From Adineta vaga (lineage: Eukaryota > Animalia > Rotifera), in NCBI GenBank assembly GCA_021613535.1, contig CP075497.1:9486001-9550000 (forward strand): a stretch of DNA of 64,000 nt, given 5' to 3'. The notes beneath the pieces were generated by a model. That model did no database searches. It was not told the DNA's origin and saw only the letters and a list, made by a program, of their open reading frames with translations. Positions 1-20,890 of this stretch are shown piece after piece. Each line of letters starts with the position of its first letter. Position 1 is the stretch's first letter. Made by a program: the position numbers and the translations under genes.

Positions 1-1728
1 TAGTCGTTCTGGAATTTCTAATAAGTCAATAAAACTTCTAATGGATTACTAATCAATACAAAACATCTGATGAATAATAACAAAAAGGAAAACAAAAACA
101 CATTCTATACATCGTTTCAACAACGACATTCAACTGAAAAACTAATTACAGAATTCTATTTCATGATATAAGATGATGCTTGTGTAATTCGAGTTCGCAT
201 GATATGAATCAATTATAACATGACCGTAGCAATATGAATGAAATCCTTTTAATCATTTCTACTTTCATGACCAATTCAATCTTCCCTGAATTCATCGTTT
301 CCGTCCGTTATCCGACAACAACGGTATTCGATTATTATCAAAATAGAGAACAAATCCGATTCTATTCATACTAAAAAATATGGCCATCTGTTAGTTTGTT
401 ATTCTCGACACTATCCATACACTTCAATTGAGAGAAAATACAATACATAGATAAAATACATTCTCAATCGAGAAACAATTGTTGTAAATATTCGTCTTTT
501 TCATTTCATTCATATGCTTACAATTATCACTGACACCTAGCGCTATCTATTTGCAAGCATATATCATTTTTCTAAACAAACAGAACAACTTTCGTACATA
601 CTTCATCAATTCTTACCTTTTTCTTTTCTATATCAATCGATAAACATCAAAATAAATGTTATTATCAATATAAGTTTATTTTGTTTATTTTTTTAACTAA
701 TAAGAATATATTTTATCAAGCAGTCGAGACATCTAACTAAATTTGAAACCTTTTCAATATAACTGAAGAAACACAATTATTTTTAACTTGACAACGGTTA
801 GTCAATTTCTTTTACTCCATCTTTTCATCATAGAAAAAAAACTATATATATGTTGATAATAAAAGACGAAAAAAATCATTGGTAAAATGCAAACAAAATT
901 GTAAGTTATTTGACTTATATTTAAATATAGACCTTGGATTCTCTTCATAGTGATTGGGAACCGAATGCTGATGGTATTGATGATAAGGCAAAATCGAAAG
1001 TATATCCTTCAGAAGAAAAAAAAGAACCGTATACAATTACAATTAAAGATAATGTACAATATGGAATAGTTAACGGATGGTTAAGTAAGCGATTTTCTTT
1101 CTCTTCTCGATAATTTATTGATTATTTCAATGTAGTTTTCTTTTTCTTTTTTTCTTTTAGAATACAATTGATTATTTTTAATAGAAGTATTTCGATCAAA
1201 GAAAAATTAATTGATTTAATACGGAAACAGATTTTACTCTAGGCATTTCCGTTATTATTACAATCACTTATTTTTCACTATAGAATATTATTCTTTAGTC
1301 TTTTCCCAAAGTCTTTCACAGAAATCTCATCTAACATATATATATATAAATACATGATGTAATCTTTTCATTTATTTTATTTAGATTAAAAAAAAAGGAA
1401 CTTGACTGTTGATGATGTAATAACATTCACTTATGGAAGTGACAAAAAATGTTGACATATGTTCATAACTCTACTAAAGATAAGTCTTTAAGAAATAGTT
1501 TTTATACATCTGTTTATTTATCAATCAATCTTAGTAATATTTATCAAATGAATACTTCGAAACTACGATTATCTATATATTTGTTTTTTTTAATACATTA
1601 CTACTTATCCCACTGAGAAATATCATATATACCAAGGGTGCTATTTTTGGGAATGTATTTTCTAACGATATAGCTGCTTATCATTAGAAAGTATCGAACG
1701 GAAAAATCTAGAAAAGTAATCTTTCTTT

Positions 1729-1749
1729 TGTGTGTGTGTGTGTGTGTGT
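1729..1749. repeat. (TG)n microsatellite
   Basis: Perfect TG run read directly from the sequence. Confidence 0.9.
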
Positions 1750-2959
1750 AAAATCTTTTGAGAATAATGTTTGACGTAAGATATCGTTTCCTTTTTTTTT
1801 CATTAATGAAAAGGGTCTTTTATTATTCATATACAGTATAACACAGTAGGAGATAGAATAGATTATTCATTGTATGATGCAGATGGTAACTGACATATCC
1901 TTCTGTCTTACTTCGATATGCTCGAAATAATCTGCAATTAAAATCGTATTCTTCTCTCTCCATGTACAAATTGGAGAAATTGTTTTTTATTTAACAAAGA
2001 AAAATTAACCTTCGTATGTCTTTCAATATTGACGAAATGTCTTGATACATGTTTAAAAATGAAATTCAATACAATAATTTCTTACAAATAAAGAAATCGT
2101 ATTTTGATCATTTTATTGCATAAAGTATGGAAAGGAAAAGTTCTTCTTGTTTTTTTTGTTGTTAGACTAAATTAATCTATGTTTATTTACGCTTTTCTTT
2201 TGTTTTATGTCTTATATAGTCTGTTCTTCTTTTATCAGAAAAACAAAACAACATAATTAAGACGTAGGTGGTGCTTATAGTAGGCGAGATCGAAGTAAGC
2301 CATAGAAATATTCATCATTCTATTGTTATCTTTTTCTTCGCTTTTGATAGGTCATATACAATGAACAAGAATAAATTATGCTTATCAAAAATCATTTAAC
2401 ATCAGATATCTCGTATTTGATTGATTTAAATCTTTTTATTTTACAGTTTTATTCATGACACATTTGTCTTTTAGATCTGTCATATTAGAAATAAAAAAAT
2501 AGATATAAACAGAGAGATGAAGACGAAGAAGAATGTAGTACTATCCGTTTGGTATAGAAATATATATATGTATATGTATGTCAGTTAAGAAAAAAAAACT
2601 GTACAGTAATAGTTGAGTAGAAGAGAGAAACGAAAAAAACAACGAGCCAGTCCTAGTAAAAGAAAAGAAAGAAAGAAAGAGAAAAATTTTCTCCTCGTCG
2701 TTTTCTTCCTTTTCATCTCATCTTGATTCTTTTCAATCAGTTGGCCGTGTTTCTCCTAGTCGTAGCAAGGATTATCATTCTGATGATTTCTTTACTTACT
2801 CCATAGATTCGATCGTATCTTTCGCTACTGTATACATATGTATATCTTCTTGAAATAAATACGTTTCTTTTATTTATTACTATATATATTTCCTTTTTGT
2901 TTTAGATCATGAGGCTAACTAATTTTGATGTAAATATATCGAAGTAAAACTTAGTAAAC

Positions 2960-10441
<7,482 letters not shown>

Positions 10442-10595
10442 TGCATTCTTATCTTCATTGTTTTTTTTCTTCTTCTTTTGTACATTAATTTAACGTTTTC
10501 TTTCTCTTGCTCACATTATTTTTCTATGCATTTTTTCGTTCTTTATATTAACTCTCTGTTCGAATGATCTAAACTAATAGCGACAAGATGAGATG

Positions 10596-10645
10596 GACGA
10601 CGACGACGACGATGATCCCTACTGTGTGTGTGTGTGTGTGTGTGT
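10596..10645. repeat. (GAC)n and (TG)n microsatellites in the DAPK 3' region
   Basis: GACGACGACGACGAC followed by a TG run at 10623-10645. Confidence 0.85.
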
Positions 10646-11358
10646 TTTGTGTTTGTGATAACTAATACAAAAAAAAATGTTATTAATAATTCCTATGTTC
10701 ACTTGCCTTGTTTTTATCTCTTATTTAAGGAAAAAAAAGAAAGTTTTATTCAAATTAGGTCAATGATGTTTCACGAAGTACATAATTCTTTGTTGTAGAA
10801 ATACACAGATGTTGTTGGAAATTTTATTTTTTATGTGTCATATAGTTGCTATTGATTATTTCATCATCATTTCCAATAAATCTTGATAATATCTTCTAAT
10901 CTAATTGCATATCTGATTTGAATAAAAAAAGTGTAAACGCAACGAAAAAACCGAATGTTTTAGTTTCTCATCGTGTTCTATTCTGTATTGAAGAAAAGAA
11001 AATATTTATATATGTGTTTTACTTTGCTCTCCGTATCACAATCTTGACTAATATCCTTGAATTTTATTGATATTATACTTTGAATCTACAGAAAATGGCA
11101 CTTTTCTTCTGAATCACTCTTTTACTTTATTCTGTCGAAAGGTATTCAACGATCTGCTTGTCGAAAACAAGTTCCAAATCCTATTTTTTTTCTCTTTCTG
11201 TCCTTATCGTTTTGAAAACATTAGCGCAAAGACCTATTCATTGATTGATTCATTGGTTGTTAATCATCGTGAAAAATTCTGATACGGAATAACAGCATCA
11301 AACAGATCGATATAATAACTCAGTACAATATATTGTCCGTATTTCACAAACATAAAAA

Positions 11359-11693
11359 ATGAGATTATTATTCGTGTTCGTCGGCATTTTGCTATTTTTA
11401 TCTTCTACCATAACGTAAGTTTTGTTGATTATATCATGAGAAATAATTATTTTCCTTGCAGTGGTCTATTTTCGAATGCATGCAAAAAAAAAGCAGAAAT
11501 ATGTCGAATAGATAATGAATGTTGTCCGGTAATGGGTCGCCGTATGGTATGTGCCCCACATCTTGAAATATGTGGCAAGAAAATCTGTTGTATTACTGAA
11601 GTTGAAGAACAACAAGAAAAACAAGCTGCTATACTTCGAAATCGTAATCGAAACTTGAAACGATTCTTCAATGAATTGCTTGATGAAAATTGA
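11359..11693 (+). CDS. Small secreted 8-Cys knottin (ICK)-like peptide precursor; 2 exons (11359-11414, 11462-11693)
   Basis: Signal peptide MRLLFVFVGILLFLSSTITG joined through a 47-nt GTAAGT..TTGCAG intron to a C-x6-C-x5-CC-x8-C-x6-C-x4-CC core, then a charged tail containing KR. Confidence 0.8.
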
Positions 11694-12702
11694 TCATCGA
11701 TATTAAACTCATAAATATTTCTTTTTCTCTCTACAAATATATTTTAACTATTTGATAAAGTTAATAAAATGTAAATGTAATTTTTTTTATGTTCTTTCCT
11801 TCAAAATACAACGAATACAATGAAGCTATTCCTAAGTAGATTGCATATGTATATATATGGAAGAGGAAATTGTTATCTACGATCTAGAAAAAATCATTAC
11901 AAGAGCATTGTCCATTTCTGTAAAAATGATGACTTACGACAATCACCACAAACTGGAAGATTTTTTGTTCAAATAATCTCATTTCTATTCAGTTTTACTA
12001 ATGAAACTATCGTATTTTTAAAATTCTACATAGATGTTCTACAAGAGCATTTCTTCTAAAACTTAGTCTGATTTAAAAGGATTATGTGTTCCGTATACAC
12101 ATGTCTGGAAGATTATCTCGAATTTAACTCTGACTATCCTCGTGAATAAATATTATACTCTCGTGATTGCATAACTATTATAATATCACATTCTTCGCAT
12201 CGAAATTTGAATTTCATATAGTGTCAATATCTCTCATACAAATGTTACTTTTACCTTTCAGATTAAAGTTCTAAGTCTATGTAGTATACGCCAATGTCAT
12301 ATTGCAATATTTTAGATTGCTACTAGCAATATAACAATGATATTTATTATGACGTCGCTATTAATAATTTCACTTTTTCATAATCCCATAGATTTCATCA
12401 AATCATCTGCTAAGAATAGTTTTAAATCTTTTGATACAAATGTGATTTGTTAATGTTGTTTCTATGAGTATTGTCTCAAAAGTATATTCAAGTAGGCTTA
12501 GTTAACGCAAACATGACTTATAAGCTGCTTGAAAGATGATTTCGCCCTGAAAGTTCTCTTTTTTCTTTTTGTCTTTTTCTTGGATGAACTTTGAAACATA
12601 AACTACGTACATTGAACTTTTTTGAAAAGAAAGTATGATCTCTTTTTCTTGAAGTTTAATCATAAAAATTGATATAAAGTTCGTTTCGTAACTGTTCTTG
12701 CA

Positions 12703-13682
12703 ATGGAACAAAAAGTTACGATTTTTTTCTCGCGATTACTGACCTCAACTGTTGATTTATCTATCCCATTATTTATCAAGTTGTATTCTAGATATCTACC
12801 CAGTATAGTGATGGTTGATGTTTCAACTATAGTAACAATTATCTATTCTATTCCAATTATACTTATTCCTCGTTTTCGTCATCGTCTACATGCTTTTACT
12901 ATCAATACATGTATAACTATGTTGTGTTGTTCCATTTATTGGTTTGTATATTGTATTATGACAATAGTCAATGTTCATCAATTTTATCAACTTAGCACAT
13001 GTTCTATTGTATTATATACACAAATAATGTGTACACTTCAAGTACCATTGGCTTTAATGGTAGTTTCGATTCATCGATTATGTTGTGTTGTACATTATGC
13101 TAAAACATTTTTCAAAACCAAACTGTGGATATCTGTGTGTATCCTATGTCAATGGTTAGTTGGCATTCTAATATCATTACCAACAATTATCCGAAATCCA
13201 ACGGTAATAAATATTTTGTTCATTTAATTTTAGTTTTTCTATACTATTTATAGATTTGTGCTATGCCTTTTTGGATGAACTATTACGTACTGATGATTAT
13301 TATAATAATACCGGTGTTACTTTATATTATTATTAATGTAATTATTTTCAAATATGTACAATCTTCAACACGTCGTATTCAACCAAGAACCGAAACAATG
13401 GTAGTCGACAATAATAGTGTACAACAATTAAAACTTAATCGTCGAGATATTCATTTACTTCGACATATGATTATCATGTTTTTTGTGTTTGTTATAGGTT
13501 GGTGTCCTATTTATATCACTACGGTTGTTAATGCTCATATTCCAGTCGATCTACTCATCCTCAAAATTTTGTCTCTTCTAGCTGAAATAAGTCTTTTTTG
13601 TAATGTCATTGATCTCTTCTTATATTCACATGATTTAAGACAATTCTTGAAATCCATGGTGATGCCATGTTATCATTCATAA
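12703..13682 (+). CDS. Divergent rhodopsin-family (class A) orphan GPCR; intron 13204-13253; start codon uncertain
   Basis: Seven hydrophobic segments. SIHRL at the DRY position, GWCP in TM6, DLFLY at the NPxxY position. The phase-0 splice is in frame. Confidence 0.8.
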
Positions 13683-14996
13683 TAAGATTGAATTGTGTCA
13701 ATTATGTCGTAATCATTGATTATTATAATGTATATCTTTTGTTTTCTATTAATAAAATATATGTGGAGAATTTTTATTGTTGGAAAAACACTTAATGAGA
13801 AATAATTTTGCACAAAATTACATGGGCACTAGTTGTTTCATCAGATGATCATGTAAATTCACCCTCAAGATATGTTTTATTCGATATTTTATCAGTGTCA
13901 GAACATATGATGTATTTCTTCTAATTAGTTTGCATTTAAATATGACTCAGATATAATTCTATAATAGTTCGTTACTTGAAAACATTTAAATAATATTGAG
14001 TTTTTATTAAACTTCTATAACGGATGAATTATTAAGTTGAATATTTCATACAGAGTATAAAACAGTGAATTGTTCCAATTGTTTCGTATGATGATATGAG
14101 CTATTCAAATGTGAGATGTATTTAACTATCATCATTTGATATTCAATCAATAATTGAAACCATATCATCCTTAAGAAAATTTGTTTTTGTCATTCTCAAT
14201 ATGACATGTCACATTCACTGTCTTTCGTTAAATTTTTTTTCCAAATCAAGATTATGTCGAGATGTTATTATTTAACTCATGAATGTTAAGCTATTTATGA
14301 AAGATTACTACAAACTTTCATCAATAAATATGACAATATTTTTCCTTTAAATTGGCTTCAGTTTCGACCAATTATTCTATATTTTATCATAAAAACTGCT
14401 TAATATCATATCAACTATAAATATAAAGCTGTTTCTTGAAAGTAGATTTTCTCATTCAGACGAAATTTTTATTCGTATTCTTTTTACTCATTTTAGAATC
14501 AAATTAAATTTCATGTAAACTGCGATATATACAGATCTAAAATTGCAGTACATATTGTCATTAAAATCCTTTTCAGTCAATGAAAGAATTAAATTTGATG
14601 TTATAAAATTACAATAATAATATCAACTTTTACTTCCTTAAGAAGAACATACACGTCATAATGCTAAACAGTAAGTCAAACATATAGTCAAAAAAAAATA
14701 CCCCGGAGAGTTTGCATATATGACTAAATAAGTGTTGATATGGATGTGTCTTTGTTCAGGTATATTTAAACCATTGTATGTATGCGATCAAGATCGTTAT
14801 AAGACAAGAGAAGAATATCAACGTAGTTTATCAACATCTGAGGCACGATTGGATTATATTTGAATTGACATTTTCATCTCTGTATGAATACGTATTCAAT
14901 CGTATAGAAGCGTGACTAGATTTTATTCGTTCTGCCATTTTATTCAAAATAAAGACATATGATAGATTGTTAAAGGATAGAGAGAATCGTTACAGA

Positions 14997-17820
14997 ATGA
15001 CTATTTTTACAATATCTCAAACCGTACGTCATTTTTATTTTAATTATCATTATCCTGAATCCAATGTCTCATGGATTCATTCTGCCTTTATACGACGTAT
15101 TCAATATGGTATTCAAGTAGTAATCTGCTTTTTAACAATCGGTTTCCTTGCATTTGGATCTCCAATAGCCAATCATCTTTCAGTCGAATATTTAATGCTT
15201 ATTGTCAGTATGTTATGTTTACAACAAACATTTGGAGCAACATTAGCTTGTTGTTATCGTATAACTTTGACTCTAATACCTTTATCGATATTATTATTTG
15301 CTATTCAAAAACTTGGCCTCGGTTATCATCATTATCTTGCAACTGAACTTTTGCTACTATATATCATTCTGTATTGCATATACATGTACTCAAGTAAATG
15401 GACCATGACTATTCTGTACTAGAAATATTAATCATTGTTTTAGGTGTCAACAAAACGAACTGTTTTACTTTACAATGTTATTTATTTAATCACGAATTTC
15501 TCTCAAACTACTACACCATTAACATTCTCTTTTCAATTACTTGCAGTTCATATTGTAGGAATGACTGTAGCGATATTGGTTTCACTCATTATTTTCCCAC
15601 TTTTTGCTACTTTTGAAGTTGAAAATCGTTTTCATTATGCTCTTTCGAAACTTCAAGAAATGCATGTTTTGATTATTCAAGCATTTCTCTGCGATGATAA
15701 AATGGGTGCTCTAATGTTTCTTGTTCGAGCATCAATAATAGAAAATCTTGTTCATAAAGCATTGATTCCAATTCAAATGAGACTTGATGAAGCTGAATTT
15801 GAACCAACACGATGGCTACAACGAATTTTCAATCGAAAACATCAACATATCATCAATATGACATTACAAGGTAATTTCATTTGTTGTAAAACTTAATTCT
15901 ATCGTATAATTTTGTTTCTAATAGAACAAGAAAATTTCATTACTTCGTTCATGTGTCATGTTGGTTCCTTACAACTTATGATTAAAAACTGTTCATTCAA
16001 TGAATATCATCATGATTTTACGTATGAAATTAAATCAAGCTTGTTACATCTGAGTACTTGTCAATCGATTATTGTTTCCAGTTTAATGTCGCCTTCATCA
16101 ATGGCAAAAGATGATTTTGCTCGACAAATAATCGATCTTCGAGAAGCCTTTACAAAACTTCGCTCAGCTTATATTGATGTTCGTCTACATCGTGTCGAAT
16201 ATGTGTTACAAACAACTGCAACAATTCAATCGGAAGATAGTCTGTCGCACGCTTATTTTCTTTTCCATCTTGGAGCAACTGTACAACTTTTAACCCAATT
16301 GATAATAAGCAATGAGAACAAGAATACTACTAGCATTTCATCAGTACAAGAAAAAAGAAAGATAAATTTCAAATTACAATGGCCACGTTTATTATCATCT
16401 TTAAAATGTATGATAATTATTGGAATCGGATCTATTTTCGTATTAGTACCTCGTCTATCAACAATATTTGAAAACGGACATTTAATATTAATTACTCTTT
16501 GTGTAACACAAGGTGATACAGTTGGTGGAGCATTAACAACGATGAAAATGAGATTGATGGGTACACTACTCGGTGCGATCTGGGCATATATTACATATCG
16601 ATTAGTTCGTGATGATATATATGCAACTTTAGGCATTTTATCTCCATGGATATTCATTTTTAGCTATTTGAAATTATTACCTAATTGGGGTTATACAGCT
16701 ACCGTAGCTTCATTTACACCAGTTGCCATTAATTTAGCACGATTATCTAATGGAACTACATTATCTGGAGATAGTTCTGTTCTTCTTCGAATTGAAGAAA
16801 GTTTTCTAGGTATTACACTAGCTGTTGTTCTGACTCTTCTTATATTTCCTATATTTGCCATCGATTTATTGAAAGATAGTATTCAAAGTAAGCCTTGGAT
16901 TAGAACTTCAACTTAATTTGAATGATTCTATGCTTCTTTATAGCTACACTTAAAACATGTCAACGTAGTGTAACATCGATGCATTCTGTTTATGATCAAT
17001 TGTTTCACCATAGACATTCACAAGATTCGTTGATGCAAGTTGAATTCGAGGAGAAAAAAATCAAATCATTTGTTGATATTGAACGAAGTCTTTTTCATCG
17101 TTTAATTAATTCACAACGAACTCTAGTTGAACACGCATCACTCGAACCAACTTTATGGTGGATGAATCGTGGTTTTTCCACACAACATTATAATTCACTT
17201 GTTCGTCAACAAGTCAGTACATTTAATATGTTATATGATATCGATGCAGCAGTAAGAATATCAATAAAATGAACTAATCGATGATATGTATTGTATTTTA
17301 GTTAATGAAAATAAATGAATATTCTGAAAAGATTGAACATATGCAATTAAATGTTGCTGGTGGTCATTTTCTTCCTGATCTTCATCGAGAACTTTCAGAT
17401 TTAAGTAAACAATTAAGTGCTTGTTTCAATTTATGGATGTCTTATTTTTCTGTAACACAAACACGATTTTATCGATTATTTCGTCAATGTATTTATTCAA
17501 ATACAAAATTAAATGAAAATGATCTCATCAAACATCAACAATGTTTGATTGATTTATATCAAACAATTCATCGTTTACAAGTTCAACATCAAGCAAGACT
17601 TGATCGATTGATCCAACATTATCGTGATCGATTAACAATGGGAGAAGCTTATATTTCATTTGTACCATATGCTAATAATACTGAAGTAGATGCAGTGTTT
17701 ATCGCTTTCAATGCATTATATTATTCAACTACACAATTAACACAATCAGTTTTGATATTAGGCGAAACTATTCATACTATTTTAGAACTTGAAACAACAC
17801 ATCTCTATCGAAGTTTCTAA
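14997..17820 (+). CDS. ALMT/FUSC (aromatic acid exporter)-like multi-pass membrane protein, with an apparent frameshift near 15360
   Basis: Two hydrophobic blocks with family-like motifs: QQTFGATL..YR; TVGGALTTMKMRLMGTLLGA; WGYTATVASFT; LLRIEESFLGI..LIFP. Each is followed by a helical domain. Four short introns. The frame breaks before the 15394-15443 intron. Confidence 0.75.
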
Positions 17821-17911
17821 TGATAAGTCGATTTTTGTATACATTTCTCATTGTTTGATAAAATATTAAATAAAGATTTGACAATTGTAAGTAAATCTTT
17901 TGTGTAATTTT

Positions 17912-20636
17912 TTATTTTTTCAAATCTGGTTTATCAAAACGAAAAGATACTTTTTGATCGAAACGTTTACTATAAGATACATCACTAAGCCATTTCTTAT
18001 AGAAATTTTGAAATCGATCATAGGATGAACTTAACAATTGATATTGTTCATCATTGACATTAGCACGTTCCTAGATAAATAATAATGAATGTACTACTGA
18101 AATAAAAGATATATTGTTCATTTTACATACCATAGCTAAAACTTTTGTACGAATATCTAGTAGAAATTTTTCTAATCGTTCCAAAAACTCCTTGTTTACT
18201 TGTAGATTATATGTTCGATATGTTTCACAAATCAATGAAAGAAATGGAAAATTGGTTCGATAGAAAGCATTCCTAAGCATTGCTTCTAATATCCTCTGAT
18301 TTGGTTTCATGTTGAGATCCTATATACTATCATACATACATACAATGATATTTAATTGAAACAAGATTTTACCTTAAGTTCATTTAATAATTGCTCGGCT
18401 TCTTGTCTAGTTTGACAACCTTTAGCCAATGCTGAAAATGTATATTCATCAGGTGAAAGACATCGTTCACGCATCAGATCTAGTACTTGCTAAAATATAT
18501 ATATATATATATATACATTGTATAAATGAACTTAAATGTATTACCAAAGCGTCTTGTTTAGAACCACGGCGTAATCGTCGCAGAATGAGTGTATTGTAAA
18601 ATTGAATGTTAGGTTTGACTTCACATAGATTTGAAACATGTATTAATGCTTGTTCATGCTCCGTTAATGGTGGAATCAGCTAAAGATTAAAATAAAATAG
18701 GAGAATCACTCAAAAAAATAAAACAATCTGTTTACATTGAGAAGAGTATTGAAAATTATATTATTCGGAACGACATTACATTCTTGCATATGTTTTAATA
18801 CACCTGGAATACCACCTAAGAGCATCAATCGTTCCGAAGATGAATTAGGCATTCGAAGACCAACAAGATTCGGTTCTTCATAAGATATATTTGGTTTGAG
18901 AATACTTGCATTGTTGAATGGACGTAAATGATTTTGTAATAAATGTCCTTTTTGAACATCATCGGGATCTTGCCACCATTCCGAAGTTAATTCTGATGAT
19001 GATAATGAATCTTTTTCATGTTCTATGATGCTAGAAGATGTTGAAGGTATTAGTTCTTGAGTATCATTGTCTGTAGTAGATGCATCAGTCGATGTCGACA
19101 TTATTTGTGATGGTTGATCATCATGTAAATGAATTGATGAAAGAAATGAAGGTCCACGTCGTATTGGTTCTTCTTTGTCTTGAATATCTTCTTCACGAAG
19201 AAGAAACTGTTGTGGTTGTGGTGGAAAGAGTAAATTATGCATAGATTCTGATGATCCCAATCCACAATGACCTGTAATATTTAATAATAGACCAAAATGG
19301 AAAGGAGTTGGTCGAATATCAAAAGCCAACATACGTCGCCAAATCTATATTAAAGAATAATATATCTCATTGAAAACACGTCTTCTCGTTATTTACTTCA
19401 ATAGCATATTTAAAACCAGCATGTTTCTCTGATTGACATGCAATCAGTAATGATGCATAAGTATCTTCATTTGGTACAAAACCAACTTCAGTCATTTCAT
19501 CAGCTAATTGAAATGCCATTTTCAATTGACCATGCTTACCAAATGCAGCAATCAATGCATTATATGTTCGATATTCAATACGAAATTCTACAATATCACA
19601 ACCAATCAATCAAAAACGATGACAAGTATCAAATATTATCAAACCTTTCGTTTTCATTTCATCAACGAGATGAGTTGCGCGATCAATTGCCATGGAATTA
19701 TCAGATGCACGATAGCAAGCATGTGCAAGTAATGTAAATATTTTAGACATTTTTCGTGAATCAACAGTTGTATAACCTCGATCTTTCATCTAAACCAAAT
19801 AGTTGATTATAGATCAAATAAAAAAGTATATAATATTAAAAAAATTACTTCTCGATATAGATCGAATGCTTGTGTTAAATAACCATTTCGTGCACAGATG
19901 CCAATAACGACTTGATAACAAAAAAGATTTGGAGCAACACGTTCTTTATCCATCATTTCATTATAGAAATAATCAAGAGTTTCTTGAACCTAATCATATG
20001 TATGTTTCAAGTTCAATAGAGAATTATTTCGATTTAGATTGTCAAACTTTATTTTCTGATGCCAATTGTTTTAATTTGCCTGCATAGTACCAAACTGGAT
20101 AGTGTCGTCCACCAACAGCTAATGGTTTTGGTTCATCAGCCTCTTTTTCTTGTTCATCTTCATCTAAATCAGCATCAAAATTAAGTTGAATATTATCTTC
20201 ACGAACGATTCCATCCGGCGTAACATAGGTATCACTAGGTAAATATGATTGCTCAACTGATAAATTAACAATTAAATAAATATATATTCTACCGGATGAT
20301 TTTGTTCTCTGAGATGAAATCTTTCTGTTCTTTTGGTATTGATCTTTCTTCTGGAACAAATGATGATAAAGGTGTTTTTGGACGAATTTGTCGTTGGTCG
20401 AGTTCTTTTAACCAATGCTTTTGTTTTCGTTTATTTTTCTCTTTAAACTTAGCGGATTTCGAATCAGCAAAGATATAATCTTTCGATGACATGAATTTTT
20501 TTGCATTCACATCATCGTCGTCATCATCTTCTTCGATAGCTGGTAAATTTCGTATCGGAATTTTTTGAGTCGAATTCAATCGAATGATAATCGGAGATGG
20601 AAATAATCGAGTCTTTTGTAATATACGAAACATCAT
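17912..20636 (-). CDS. PTCD1: Mitochondrial pentatricopeptide repeat protein, PTCD1-like
   Basis: Basic N-terminal targeting-like sequence. PPR motifs (TYNALIAAFGKHGQLKMAFQLADEM, PNEDTYASLLIAC..AGFKYAIE, PDEYTFSALAKGC). Conserved ERLMLLGGIPGVLKHM block. Confidence 0.85.
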
Positions 20637-20890
20637 TATACTGTAAACGATAATATGAATTTTTTTTCAAACTATCAATCGAAGATATTGATATTCTTAT
20701 GATCATTTGATTGGTTTAATATATACCAGTGAGATGGAAAGAGAATATTGAAGGAGACCAATAGAAATTATGAATGAAGTATACTCTTTTTTTCCTTCTC
20801 TGCCCATCGGTCAAATAATAAGTAGAGCAGCAGTCATGTACTTCTCTATGTAAGGGAAGTTTCCTTTCTTGTATCTTCCTTCTATATGAA

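Noticed and set aside
1-2900. Short ORFs upstream of DAPK, e.g. 842-1036
   Set aside because: Low-complexity AT-rich sequence with no motifs or exon chain; probably promoter, UTR or intron.
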